A stretch of DNA of 64,000 nucleotides from Mobula hypostoma. Lineage: Eukaryota. The DNA is taken from assembly GCF_963921235.1 (NCBI RefSeq), contig NC_086097.1:78742001-78806000 (forward strand), read 5' to 3'. Shown here one piece after another: positions 35,295-48,054 of the stretch. Position 1 is the first letter of the stretch. Each line of letters opens with the position of its first letter. A program made the translations under genes and the position numbers. The notes under the pieces are model-generated. The model was not told the DNA's origin and did no database searches. It saw only the letters and a program-made list of their open reading frames with translations.

Positions 35295-37470
35295 CTCTTG
35301 CCTTGCCTGAAGTTCTCATCTCGCATTGCATGGCCTGAAGCCTTGCCTTGACTTGCTGGTAATTCTCGTCTCGTCTCGCCTGCGGTCTTGTCCTGGAGCC
35401 ACCCTGTACCTAGCTCCCTTCCTGTCCATTGCCTCAGTCGGGTAAGCCAGGCCGTCTCGCCATTACCTGTGGTTGGTTCTGTCCCATGCCTCCGTCAGGT
35501 GGTGATCCGCGCCCTGCCCAGGAGTACGGCGTCCTGCCCAGGTGAACCGCGCCCTGCCCCGGAGGAGCCTGCCTAGCCTCAAGCCTCAAGTCTCCTGCCT
35601 CCAGCCTCGCCTTGTCTCCTGCCACCAGCCTCGCCTCAAATCTCCTGCCTCCAGCCTCACCTCGCCTCAAGTCTCCTGCCTCCAGCCTCGCCTCACCTCA
35701 GCTCTCCTGCCTCCAGCCTCCAGCCTCACCTAGCCTCCAGTCTCCTGCCTCCAGCCTCCAGCCTCACCTCGAATCAAGCCTCCAGCCTCCAGCCTCACCT
35801 CGCCTGAAGTCTCCTGCCTCCAGCCTCGTCTCGCCTGAAGACTCCAGCCTCCTGCCTAGCCTCAAGCCTGAAGACTCCAGCCTCGCCCTGCCTGCCTTTC
35901 AATCCTCGTGTTTGCCTGGTTCTGGGGTCCGAGCCAGAGGCAAGACCCAGGTACTGGGTCCTTGTCCAGTCTCTGGCTCGGAGTCCATCCTGCCTCCTGC
36001 CAAGCCTCGCCTCTAGCCTCAAGCCTGAAAACTCCAGCCTCCTGCTTCCTGCCAAGTCTCGCCTCTAGCCTCAGGCCTGAAGACTCCGGCCTCGTCCTAC
36101 CTGCCTGCCAAGGTTCATCCTGGCCTGGTCCTGGGGTCCGAGCCAGAGGCAAGACCCAGCTACTGGGTCCTTGTCCAGTCTCTGGCTCAGAGTTCAAGCC
36201 CAGGCTCCTAGCTCCCTTGTCCAGTCCTGTTCCAGGTTCCTGGTTTTCCTGTCCATGTCCCTGCCATCGTCCTGTATCCCAGTTCGGTCCCTAGTCCCTA
36301 GAGGCCTGTCCTCCAGCCTCGCCTCATCTCAAGTCTCCTTCCTCCAGCCTCACCTCACCTGAAGACTCCAGCCTCCTGCCTAGCCTCAAGCCTGAAGACT
36401 CCAGCCTCCTGCCTAGCCTCAAGCCTGAAGACTCCAGACTCCTACCTCGCCTCATGCCTGAAGACTCCAGACTCCTGCCTAGCCTCTTGCCAAGCCAAGC
36501 CAAGTCTCTGGCCTCTTGCCAAGCTGAGCCAAGCCTCTAGCCTCTAGCCTCTAGCCTCTAGCCTCAAGCCTCAAGCCTGAAGACTCCAGCCTCGCCCTGC
36601 CTGCCTTTCAAGCCTCGTGTTTGCCTGGTTCTGGGGTCCGAGCCAGAGGCAAGACCCAGGTACTGGGTCCTTGTTCAGTCTCTGGCTCGGAGTCCATCCT
36701 GCCTCCTGCCAAGCCTCGCCTCTAGCCTCAAGCCTGAAGACTCCAGCCTCGTCCTGCCTGCCTGCCAAGTCTCGCCTCTGGTCTCAGGACTGAAGACTCC
36801 AGCCTCGTCCTGCCTGCCTGCCAAGGTTCATCCTTGCCTGGTCCTGGGGTCCGAGCCAGAGGCAAGACCCAGCTCCTGGGTCCTTGTCCAGTCTCTGGCT
36901 CAGAGTTCAAGCCCAGGCTCCAAGCTCCCTTGTCCAGTCCTGTACCAGGTTCCTGGTTTTCCTGTCCATGTCCCTGCCATTGCCCTGTATCCTAGTCCTG
37001 TCTCTAGTACTTTAGTGTCTGTGTCTTGCACTTGGGTCCATTCCCAGCCACCGCCCTATGACAGAACGATCCAGACAACCATGGACCCAGTGACACAGAC
37101 ACTGTTGCTTTCCTCTTGCGACCCGGGGTTCCTTTCTGTTACATACCTTCCCACCCACCCGGGTCGTCCATATTCTGGGTACCCTGTTTGGTCGCCAGGA
37201 GGCTCCTGTAGAGGGGGGCATACTGTCATGGTCCGGTCCGTCAAGTCCGTATTGCGGTTCACGGTCCGGTCCAGCAACCCTTGCTCCAGGTTTTCCTATC
37301 TACCCTGTTTCTGTTCTTGTAGAGCTAATTGAGACAGCTGATGCTCTTTGTGGCTGGCTGCATAAATACCTGCATAAATAGCGTGGCTGCTGGATTGTTC
37401 TTGTCCTTACTCCTCGTAACCTTTGATCTGCCTTTTGTTTCTGCCTTGCCTTGTCTTGCCGGTAACTCTC

Positions 37471-39442
37471 ATAGAAACATAGTAGGCCATTCGGCCCTTC
37501 GAGCCTGCACAGCCATTTATTATGATCATGGCTGATCATCCACTCAGAACCCTGCCCCAGCCTTCCCTCCATACCCCCTGACCCCCGTAGCCACAAGGGC
37601 CATATCTAACTCCCTCTTAAATATAGCCAATGAACTGGCCTCAACTGTTTCCTGTGGCAGAGAATTCCACAGATTCACCACTCTCTGTGTGAAGAAGTTT
37701 TTCCTCATCTCAGTCCTAAAAGGCTTCCCCTTTATCCTCAAACTGTGACCCCTCGTTCTGGACTTCCCCAAAATCGCGAACAATCTTCCTGCATCTAGCC
37801 TGTCCAATCCCTTTAGGATTTTATACGTTTCAATCAGATCCCCCCCTCAATCTTCTAAATTCCAACGAGTACAAGCCAAGTTCATCCAGTCTTCCTTCAT
37901 ATGAAAGTCCTGCCATCCCAGGAATCAATCTGGTGAACGTTCTTTGTACTCCCTCTATGGGAAGGATGTCCTTCCTCAGATTAGGGGACCAAAACTGCAC
38001 ACAATACTCCAGGTGTGGTCTCACCAAGGCCTTGTACAACTGCAGTGGTACCTCCCTGCTCCTGTACTCGAATCCTCTCGCTTTAAATGCCAGCATACCA
38101 TTCACCTTTTTCACTGCCTGCTGTACCTGCATGCCCACTTTCAATGACTGGTGTATAATGACACCCAGGTCTTGTTGCACCTCCCCTTTTCCGAATCGGC
38201 CACCATTCAAGTAATAATCTCTTTTCCTATTTTTGCCACCAAAGTGGATAACTTCACATTTATCCACATTAAATTGCATCTGCCATGAATTTGCCCATTC
38301 ACCCAACCTATCCAAGTCACTCTGCATCCTCTTAGCATCCTCCTCACAGCTAACACTGCCACCCAGCTTCCTGTCATCCGCAAACTTGGAGATGCTGCAC
38401 TTAATTCCCTCATCCAAGTCATTAATACATATTGTAAACAACTGGGCTCCCAGCACTGAGCCTTGCGGTACCCCACTAGTCACCGCCTGCCATTTTGAAA
38501 AGGTCCCGTTTATTCCCACGCTTTGCTTCCTGTCTGCTAACCAATTCTCTATCCACATCAATACCTTACCCCCAATAACGTGTGCTTTAAGTTTGTACAC
38601 TAATCTCCTGTGTGGGAACTTGTCAACAGCCTTTTGAAAATCCAAATACACCACATCCACTAGTTCTCCCCTATCCACTCTACTAGTTACATCCTCAAAA
38701 AATTCTATGAGATTCGTCAGACATGATTTTCCTTTCACAAATCCATGCTGACTTTATCCGATCATTTCACCGCTTTCCAAATGTGCTGTTATCACATCTT
38801 TGATAACTGACTCCAGCAGTTTCCCCACCACCGACGTTAGGCTAACCGGTCTATAATTCCCTGGTTTCTTTCTCCCTCCTTTTTTAAAAAGTGGGGTTAC
38901 ATTAGCCACCCTCCAATCCTCAGGAACTAGTCCAGAATCTAACGAGTTTTGAAATATTATCACTAATGCATCCACTATTTCTTGGGCTACTTCCTTAAGC
39001 ACTCTGGGATGCAGACCATCTGGCCCTGGGGATTTATCTGCCTTCAATCCCTTCAATTTACCTAACACCACTTCCCTACTAACATGTATTTCGCTCAGTT
39101 CCTCCATCTCACTGGACCCTCTGTCCCCTACTATTTCTGGAAGATTATTTATGTCCTCCTTAGTGAAGACAGAACCAAAGTAGTTATTCAATTGGTCTGC
39201 CATGTCCTTGCTCCCCATAATCAATTCACCTGTTTCTGTCTGTAGGGGACCTACATTTGTCTTTACCAGTCCTTTCCTTTTTACATATCTATAAAAGCTT
39301 TTACAGTCAGTTTTTATGTTCCCTGCCAGTTTTCTCTCCACATCTTTTTTCCCCTTCCTAATTAAGCCCTTTGTCCTCCTCTGCTGAACTCTGAATTTCT
39401 CCCAGTGCTCAGGTGAGACACTTTTCCTGGCTAATTTGTATG
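37471..39442 (-). mobile_element. 5'-truncated CR1 (RT only), unit 2
   Basis: Same junctions as unit 1; nonsense codon at 38754, frameshift near 37845, shortened tail. Confidence 0.95.
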
Positions 39443-41010
39443 TTCTCGCTTCGCCTGAAGTTCTCATCTCGCCTTGCATTGCCTGAAACCTTGCCTTGAC
39501 TTGGTGGTAATTGTCATCTCGTCTCGCCTGCAGTCTTGTCCTGGAGCCACCCTGTGCCTAGCACCCTTCCTGTCCATTGCCTCCGTCGGGTAAGCCAGCT
39601 GTCTCGCCATTACCTGTGGTTGGTTCTGTCCCTTCCTGTCCCATGCCTCCGTCAGGTGGTGATCCGCGCCCTGCCCAGGAGTACGGCGTCCTGCCCAGGT
39701 GAACCGCGCCCTGCCCCAGAGGAGCCTGCCGAGCCTCAAGCCTCGTCTCAAGTCTCCTGGCTCCAGCCTCGCCTCACCTCAAGTCTCCAGCCTCCAGCCT
39801 CCAGCCTCGCCTCACCTCAACTCTCCTGCCTCCAGCTTCCAGCCTCACCTGGCCTCAAGTCTCCTGCCTCCAGCCTCGCCTCAAGCCTCCAGCCTCCAGC
39901 CTCACATCGCATCAAGCCTCCAGCCTCGAGTCTCACCTCGCCTCAAGTCTCCTGCCTCCAGCCTCGCCTCGCCTGAAACTTCAGCCTCCTGCCTAGCCTC
40001 AAGCCTGAAGACTCCAGCCTCCTGCCTAGCCTCTTGCCAAGCCAAGCCAAGTCTCTAGCCTCTTGCCAAGCTGAGACAAGCCTCTAGCCTCTAGCCTCTT
40101 GCCTCAAGCCTCAAGCCTGAAGACTCCAGCCTCGCCCTGCCTGCCTTTCAAGCATCGTGTTTGCCTGGTTCTGGGGTCCGAGCCAGAGGCAAGACCCAGG
40201 TACTGGGTCCTTGTTCAGTCTCTGGCTCGGAGTCCATCCTGCCTCCTGCCAAGCCTCGCCTCAAACCTCAAGCCTGAAGACTCCAGCCTCGTCCTGCCTG
40301 CCTGCCAAGTCTCGCCTCTGGCCTCAGGACTGAAGATTCCAGTCTCGTCCTGCCTGCCTGCCAAGGTTCATCCTTGCCTGGTCCTGGGGTCCGAGCCAGA
40401 GGCAAGACCCAGCTCCTGGGTCCTTGTCCAGTCTCTGGCTCAGAGTTCAAGCCCAGGCTCCTAGCTCCCTTGTCCAGTCCTGTTCCAGGTTCCTGGTTTT
40501 CCTGTCCATGTCCCTGCCATTGCCCTGTATCCAAGTCCTGTCTCTAGTACTTTAGTGTCTGTGTCTTGCACTTGGGTCCATTCCCAGCCACCGCCCTATG
40601 ACAGAACGATCCAGACAACCATGGACCCAGTGACACAGACACTGTTGCTTTCCTCTTGCCACCCAGGGTTCCTTTCTGTTACATACCTTCCCACACACCC
40701 GGGTCGTCCATATTCTGGGTACCCTGTTTGGTCGCCAGGAGGCTCCTGTAGAGGGGGGTGTACTGTCATGGTCCAGTCCGTCAAGTCCGTATTGCGGTTC
40801 ACGGTCCGGTCCAGCAACCCTTGCTCCAGGTTTTCCTATCTACCCTGTTTCTGTTCTTGTCGAGCTAATTGAGGCAGCTGATGCTCTTTGGGGCTGGCTG
40901 CATAAATACCTGCATAAATAGCGTGGCTGCTGGATTGTTCTTGTCCTTACTCCTCGTAACCTTTGATCTGCCTTTTGTTTCTGCCTTGCCTTGTCTTGCC
41001 GGTAACTCTC

Positions 41011-42999
41011 ATAGAAACATAGAAACATAGAAAATAGGTGCAAGAGTAGGCCATTCGGCCCTTCGAGCCTGCACCGCCATTTATTATGATCATGGCTGAT
41101 CATCCAACTCAGAACCCTGCCCCAGCCTTCCCTCCATACTCACTGATCCCCGTAGCCACAAGGGCCATATCTAACTCCCTCTTAAATATAGCCAATGAAC
41201 TGGCCTCAACTGTTTCCTGTGGCAGAGAATTCCACAGATTCACCACTCTCTGTGTGAAGAAGTTTTTCCTCATCTCGGTCCTAAAAGGCTTCCCCTTTAT
41301 CCTCAAACTGTGACCCCTCGTTCTGGACTTCCCCAAAATCGCGAACCATCTTCCTGCATCTAGCCTGTCCAATCCCTTTAGGATTTTATACGTTTCAATC
41401 AGATCCCCCCTCAATCGTCTAAATTCCAACGAGTACAAGCCAAGTTCATCCAGTCTTCCTTCATATAAAAGTCCTGCCATCCCAGGAATCAATCTGGTGA
41501 ACGTTCTCTGTACTCCCTCTATGGGAAGGATGTCCTTCCTCAGATTAGGGGGCCAAAACTGCACACAATACTCCAGGTGTGGTCTCACCAAGGCCTTGTA
41601 CAACTGCAGTGGTACCTCCCTGCTCCTGTACTCGAATCCTCTCGCTTTAAATGCCAGCATACCATTCACCTTTTTCACTGCCTGCTGTACCTGCATGCCC
41701 ACTTTCAATGACTGGTGTATAATGACACCCAGGTCTCGTTGCACCTCCCCTTTTCCTAATCGGCCACCATTCAAATAATAATCTCTTTTCCTATTTTTGC
41801 CACCAAAGTGGATAACTTCACATTTATCCACATTAAATTGCATCTGCCATGAATTTGCCCACTCACCCAACCTATCCAAGTCACTCTGCATCCTCTTAGC
41901 ATCCTCCTCACAGCTAACACTGCCACCCAGCTTCCTGTCATCCGCAAACTTGGAGATGCTGCACTTAATTCCCTCATCCAAGTCATTAATATATATTGTA
42001 AACAACTGGGCTCCCAGCACTGAGCCTTGCGGTACCCCACTAGTCACCGCCTGCCATTTTGAAAAGGTCCCGTTTATTCCCACGCTTTGCTTCCTGTCTG
42101 CTAACCAATTCTCTATCCACATCAATACCTTACCCCCAATAACGTGTGCTTTAAGTTTGTACACTAATCTCCTGTGTGGGAACTTGTCAACAGCCTTCTG
42201 AAAATCCAAATACACCACATCCACTAGTTCTCCTCTATCCATTCTACTAGTTACATGCTCAAAAAATTCTATGAGATTCGTCAGACATGATTTTCCTTTC
42301 ACAAATCCATGCTGACTTTGTCCGATGATTTCACCGCTTTCCAAATGTGCTGTTATCACATCTTTGATAACTGACTCCAGCAGTTTCCCCACCACCGACG
42401 TTAGGCTAACCGGTCTATAATTCCCTGGTTTCTTTCTCCCTCCTTTTTTAAAAAATGGGGTTACATTAGCCACCCTCCAATCCTCAGGAACTAGTCCAGA
42501 ATCTAACGAGTTTTGAAATATTATCACTAATGCATCCACTATTTCTTGGGCTACTTCCTTAAGCACTCTGGGATGCAGACCATCTGGCCCTGGGGATTTA
42601 TCTGCCTTCAATCCCTTCAATTTACCTAACACCACTTCCCTACTAACATGTATTTCGCTCAGTTCCTCCATCTCACTGGACCCTCTGTCCCCTACTATTT
42701 CTGGAAGATAATTTATGTCCTCCTTAGTGAACCAAAGTAATTATTCAATTGGTCTGCCATGTCCATGCTCCCCATAATCAATTCACCTGTTTCTGTCTGT
42801 AGGGGACCTACATTTGTCTTTACCAGTCCTTTCCTTTTTACATATCTATAAAAGCTTTTACAGTCAGTTTTTATGTTCCCTGCCAGTTTTCTCTCCACAT
42901 CTTTTTTCCCCTTCCTAATTAAGCCCTTTGTCCTCCTCTGCTGAACTCTGAATTTCTCCCAGTGCTCAGGTGAGACACTTTTCCTGGCTAATTTGTATG
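41011..42999 (-). mobile_element. 5'-truncated CR1, unit 3; RT frame open for 520 aa (41109-42671) to the natural stop
   Basis: Full RT motif set including FADD; small frameshifting deletion near 42730. Confidence 0.95.
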
Positions 43000-44617
43000 T
43001 TCTCGCTTCGCCTGAAGTTCTCATCTCGCCTTGCATTGCCTGAAGCCTTGCTTTGACTTGGTGGTAATTGTCATCTCGTCTTGCCTGCAGTCTTGTCCTG
43101 GAGCCACCCTGTACCTAGCACCCTTCCTGTCCATTGCCTCCGTCGGGTAAGCCAGCCGTCTCGCCATTACCTGTGGTTGATTCTGTCCCTTCCTGTCCCA
43201 TGCCTCCGTCAGGTGGTGATCCGCGCCCTGCCCAGGAGTACGGCGTCCTGCCCAGGTGAACCGCGCCCTGCCCCGGAGGAGCCTGCCTAGCCTCAAGCCT
43301 CGTCTCAAGTCTCCTGCCTGCAGCCTCGCCTCGCCTCAAGTCTCCTGCCTCCAGCCTCGCCTCACCTCAAGTCTCCAGCCTCCAGCCTCCAGCCTCGCCT
43401 CACCTCAACTCTCCTGCCTCCAGCTTCCAGCCTCACCTGGCCTCAAGTCTCCTGCCTCCAGCCTCGCCTCAAGCCTCCAGCCTCACTTAAGCCTCCAGCC
43501 TCCAAACTCACATCGCATCAAGCCTCCAGCATCCAGCCTCACCTCGCCTCAAGTCTCCTGCCTCCAGCCTCGCCTCGCCTGAAGACTTCAGCCTCCTGCC
43601 GAGCCTCAAGCCTGAAGACTCCAGCCTCCTGCCTAGCCTCTTGCCAAGCCAAGCCAAGTCTCTAGCCTCTTGCCAAGCTGAGACAAGCCTCTAGCCTCTA
43701 GCCTCTAGCCTCAAGCCTCAAGCCTGAAGACTCCAGCCTCGCCCTGCCTGCCTTTCAAGCCTCGTGTTTGCCTGGTTCTGGGGTCCGAGCTAGAGGCAAG
43801 ACCCAGGTACTGGGTCCTTGTTCAGTCTCTGGCTCGGAGTCCATCCTGCCTCCTGCCAAGCCTCGCCTCAAACCTCAAGCCTGAAGACTCCAGCCTCATC
43901 CTGCCTGCCTGCCAAGTCTCGCCTCTAGCCTCAGGACTGAAGACTCCAGCCTCGTCCTGCCTGCCTGCCAAGGTTCATCCTTGCCTGGTCCTGGGGTCCG
44001 AGCCAGAGGTAAGACCCAGCTCCTGGGTCCTTGTCCAGTCTCTGGCTCAGAGTTCAAGCCCAGGCTCCTAGCTCCCTTGTCCAGTCCTGTTCCAGGTTCC
44101 TGGTTTTCCTGTCCATGTCCCTGCCATTGCCCTGTATCCTCGTCCTGTCTCTCGTACTTCAGTGTCTGTGTCTTGCACTTGGGTCCATTCTCAGCCACCG
44201 CCCTATGACAGAACGATCCAGACAACCATAGACCCAGTGACACAGACACTGTTGCTTTCCTCTTGCCACCTGGGGTTCCTTTCTGTTACATACCTTTCCA
44301 CACACCCGGGTCGTCCATATTCTGGGTACCCTGTTTGGTCGCCAGGAGGCTCCTGTAGAGGGGGGCGTACTGTCATGGTCCGGTCCGTCAAGTCCGTATT
44401 GCGGTTCACGGTCCGGTCCAGCAACCCTTGCTCCAGGTTTTCCTATCTACCCTGTTTCTGTTCTTGTCGAGCTAATTGAGGCAGCTGATGCTCTTTGGGG
44501 CTGGCTGCATAAATACCTGCATAAATAGCGTGGCTGCTGGATTGTTCTTGTCCTTACTCCTTGTAACCTTTGCTCTGCCTTTCGTTTCTGCCTTACCTTG
44601 TCTTGCCGGTAACTCTC

Positions 44618-46606
44618 ATAGAAACATAGAAACATAGAAAATAGGTGCAGGAGTAGGCCATTCAGCCCTTCGAGCCTGCACAGCCATTTATTATGATCAT
44701 GGCTGATCATCCAACTCAGAACCCTGCCCCAGCCTTCCCTCCATACCCACTGATCCCCGTAGCCACAAGGGCCATATCTAACTCCCTCTTAAATATAGCC
44801 AATGAACTGGCCTCAACTGTTCCCTGTGGCAGAGAATTCCGCAGATTCACCACTCTCTGTGTGAAGAAGTTTATCCTCATCTCGGTCCTAAAAGGCTTCC
44901 CCTTTATCCTCAAACTGTGACCCCTCGTTCTGGACTTCCCCAAAATCGCGAACAATCTTCCTGCATCTAGCCTGTCCAATCCCTTTAGGATTTTATACGT
45001 TTCAATCAGATCCCCCCCTCAATCTTCTAAATTCCAACGAGTACAAGCCAAGTTCATCCAGTCTTCCTTCATATGAAAGTCCTGTCATCCCAGGAATCAA
45101 TCTGGTGAACGTTCTTTGTACTCCCTCTGATGTCCTTCCTCAGATTAGGGGACCAAAACTGCACACCATACTCCAGGTGTGGTCTCACTAAGGCCTTGTA
45201 CAACTGCAGTGGTACCTCCCTGCTCCTGTACTCGAATCCTCTCGCTTTAAATGCCAGCATACCATTCACCTTTTTCACTGCCTGCTGTACCTGCATGCCC
45301 ACTTTCAATGACTGGTACATAATGACACCCAGGTCTCGTTGCACCTCCCCTTTTCCTAATCGGCCACCATTCAGATAATAATCTCTTTTCCTATTTTTGC
45401 CACCAAAGTGGATAACTTCACATTTATCCACATTAAATTGCATCTGCCATGAATTTGTCCACTCACCCAACCTATCCAAGTCACTCTGCATCCTCTTAGC
45501 ATCCTCCTCACAGCTAACACTGCCACCCAGCTTCGTGTCATCCGCAAACTTGGAGATGCTGCATTTAATTCCCTCATCCAAGTCATTAATATATATTGTA
45601 AACAACTGGGGTCCCAGCACTGAGCCTTGCGGTACCCCACTAGTCACCGCCTGCCATTTTGAAAATGTCCCGTTTATTCCCACGCTTTGCTTCCTGTCTG
45701 CTAACCAATTCTCTATCCACATCAATACCCTACCCCCAATAACGTGTGCTTTAAGTTTGTACACTAATGTCCTGTGTGGGAACTTGTCAACAGCCTTTTG
45801 AAAATCCAAATACACCACATCCACTAGTTCTCCCCTATCCATTCTACTAGTTACATCCTCAAAAAATTCTATGAGATTCGTCAGACATGATTTTCCTTTC
45901 ACAAATCCATGCTGACTTTGTCCGATCATTTCACCGCTTTCCAAATGTGCTGTTATCACATCTTTGATAACTGACTCCAGCAGTTTCCCCACCACCGACG
46001 TTAGGCTAACCGGTCTATAATTCCCCGGTTTCTTTCTCCCTCCTTTTTTAAAAAGTGGGGTTACATTAGCCACCCTCCAATCCTCAGGAACTAGTCCAGA
46101 ATCTAATGAGTTTTGAAAAATTATCACTAATGCATCCACTATTTCTTGGGCTACTTCCTTAAGCACTCTGGGATGCAGACCATCTGACCCTGGGGATTTA
46201 TCTGCCTTCAATCCCTTCAATTCACCTAACACCGCTTCCCTACTAACATGTATTTCGCTCAGTTCCTCCATCTCACTGGACCCTCTGTCCCCTACTATTT
46301 CTGGAAGATTATTTATGTCCTCCTTTGTGAAGACAGAACCAAAGTAATTATTCAATTGGTCTGCCATGTCCATGCTCCCCATAATCAATTCACCTGTTTC
46401 TGTCTGTAGGGGACCTACATTTGTCTTTACCAGTCTTTTCCTTTTTACATATCTATAAAAGCTTTTACAGTCAGTTTTTATGTTCCCTGCCAGTTTTCTC
46501 TCTACATCTTTTTTCCCCTTCCTAATTAAGCCCTTTGTCCTCCTCTGCTGAACTCTGAATTTCTCCAAGTGCTCAGGTGAGACACTTTTCCTGGCTAATT
46601 TGTATG
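44618..46606 (-). mobile_element. 5'-truncated CR1, unit 4; 524-aa frame from the LTR-derived ATG (45069-46643)
   Basis: Open from MQGEMRT through the RT core; frameshifting deletion near 45128. Confidence 0.95.
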
Positions 46607-48054
46607 TCCTCGCTTCGCCTGAAGTTCTCATCTCGCCTTGCATTGCCTGAAGCCTTGCCTTGACTTGGTGGTAATTCTCATCTCGTCTTGCCTGCAGTCT
46701 TGTCCTGGAGCCACCCTGTACCTAACACCCTTGCTGTCCATTGCCTCCGTCGGGTAAGCCAGCCGTCTCGCCATTACCTGTGGTTGGTTCTGTCCCTTCC
46801 TGTCCCATGCCTCCGTCAGGTGGTGATCCGCGCCCTGCCCAGGAGTACGGCGTCCTGCCCAGGTGAACCGCGCCCTGCCCCGGAGGAGCCTGCCTAGCCT
46901 CAAGCCTCGTCTCAAGTCTCCTGCCTCCAGCCTCGCCTCGCCTCAAGTCTCCAGCTTCCAGCCTCCAGCCTCGCCTCACCTCAACTCTCCTGCCTCCAGC
47001 CTCCAGCCTCACCTCGCCTCAAGTCTCCTGCCTCCAGCCTCGTCTCGCCTGAAGACTTCAGCCTCCTGCCTAGCCTCTTTCCAAGCCAAGCCAAGTCTCT
47101 AGCCTCTTGCCAAGCTGAGACAAGCCTCTAGCCTCTAGCCTCTAGCCTCAAGCCTCAAGCCTGAAGACTCCAGCCTCGCCCTGCCTGCCTTTCAAGCCTC
47201 GTGTTTGCCTGGTTCTGGGGTCGGAGCCAGAGGCAAGACCCAGGTACTGGGTCCTTGTTCAGTCTCTGGCTCGGAGTCCATCCTGCCTCCTGCCAAGCCT
47301 CGCCTCTAGCCTCAAGCTTGAAGACTCCAGCCTCGTCCTGCCTGCCTGCCAAGTCTCGCCTCTAGCCTCAGGACTGAAGACTCCAGCCTCGTCCTGCCTG
47401 CCTGCCAAGGTTCATCCTTGCCTGGTCCTGGGGTCCGAGCCAGAGGCAAGACCCAGCTCCTGGGTCCTTGTCCAGTCTCTGGCTCAGAGTTCAAGCCCAG
47501 GCTCCTAGCTCCCTTGTCCAGTCCTGTACCAGGTTCCTGGTTTTCCTGTCCATGCCCCTGCCATTGCCCTGTATCCTAGTCCTGTCTCTAGTACTTTAGT
47601 GTCTGTGTCTTGCACTTGGGTCCATTCCCAGCCACCGCCCTATGACAGAATAATCCAGACAACCATGGACCCAGTGACACAGACACTGTTGCTTTCCTCT
47701 TGCCACCCGGGGTTCCTTTCTGTTACATACCTTCCCACCCACCCGGGTCGTCCATATTCTGGGTACCCTGTTTTGTCGCCAGGAGGCTCCTGTAGAGGGG
47801 GGCGTACTGTCATGGTCCGGTCCGTTAACTCCGCATTCCGGTTCACGGTCCGGTCCATCGACCCTTGCTCCAGGTTTTCCTATCTACCCTGTTTCTGTTC
47901 TTGTAGAGCTAATTGAGGCAGCTGATGCTCTTTGGGGCTGGCTGCATAAATATCTGCATAAATGGCGTGGCTGCTGGATTGTTCTTGTCCTTACTCCTCG
48001 TAACCTTTGATCTGCCTTTTGTTTCTGCCTTGCCTTGTCTTGCCGGTAACTCTC

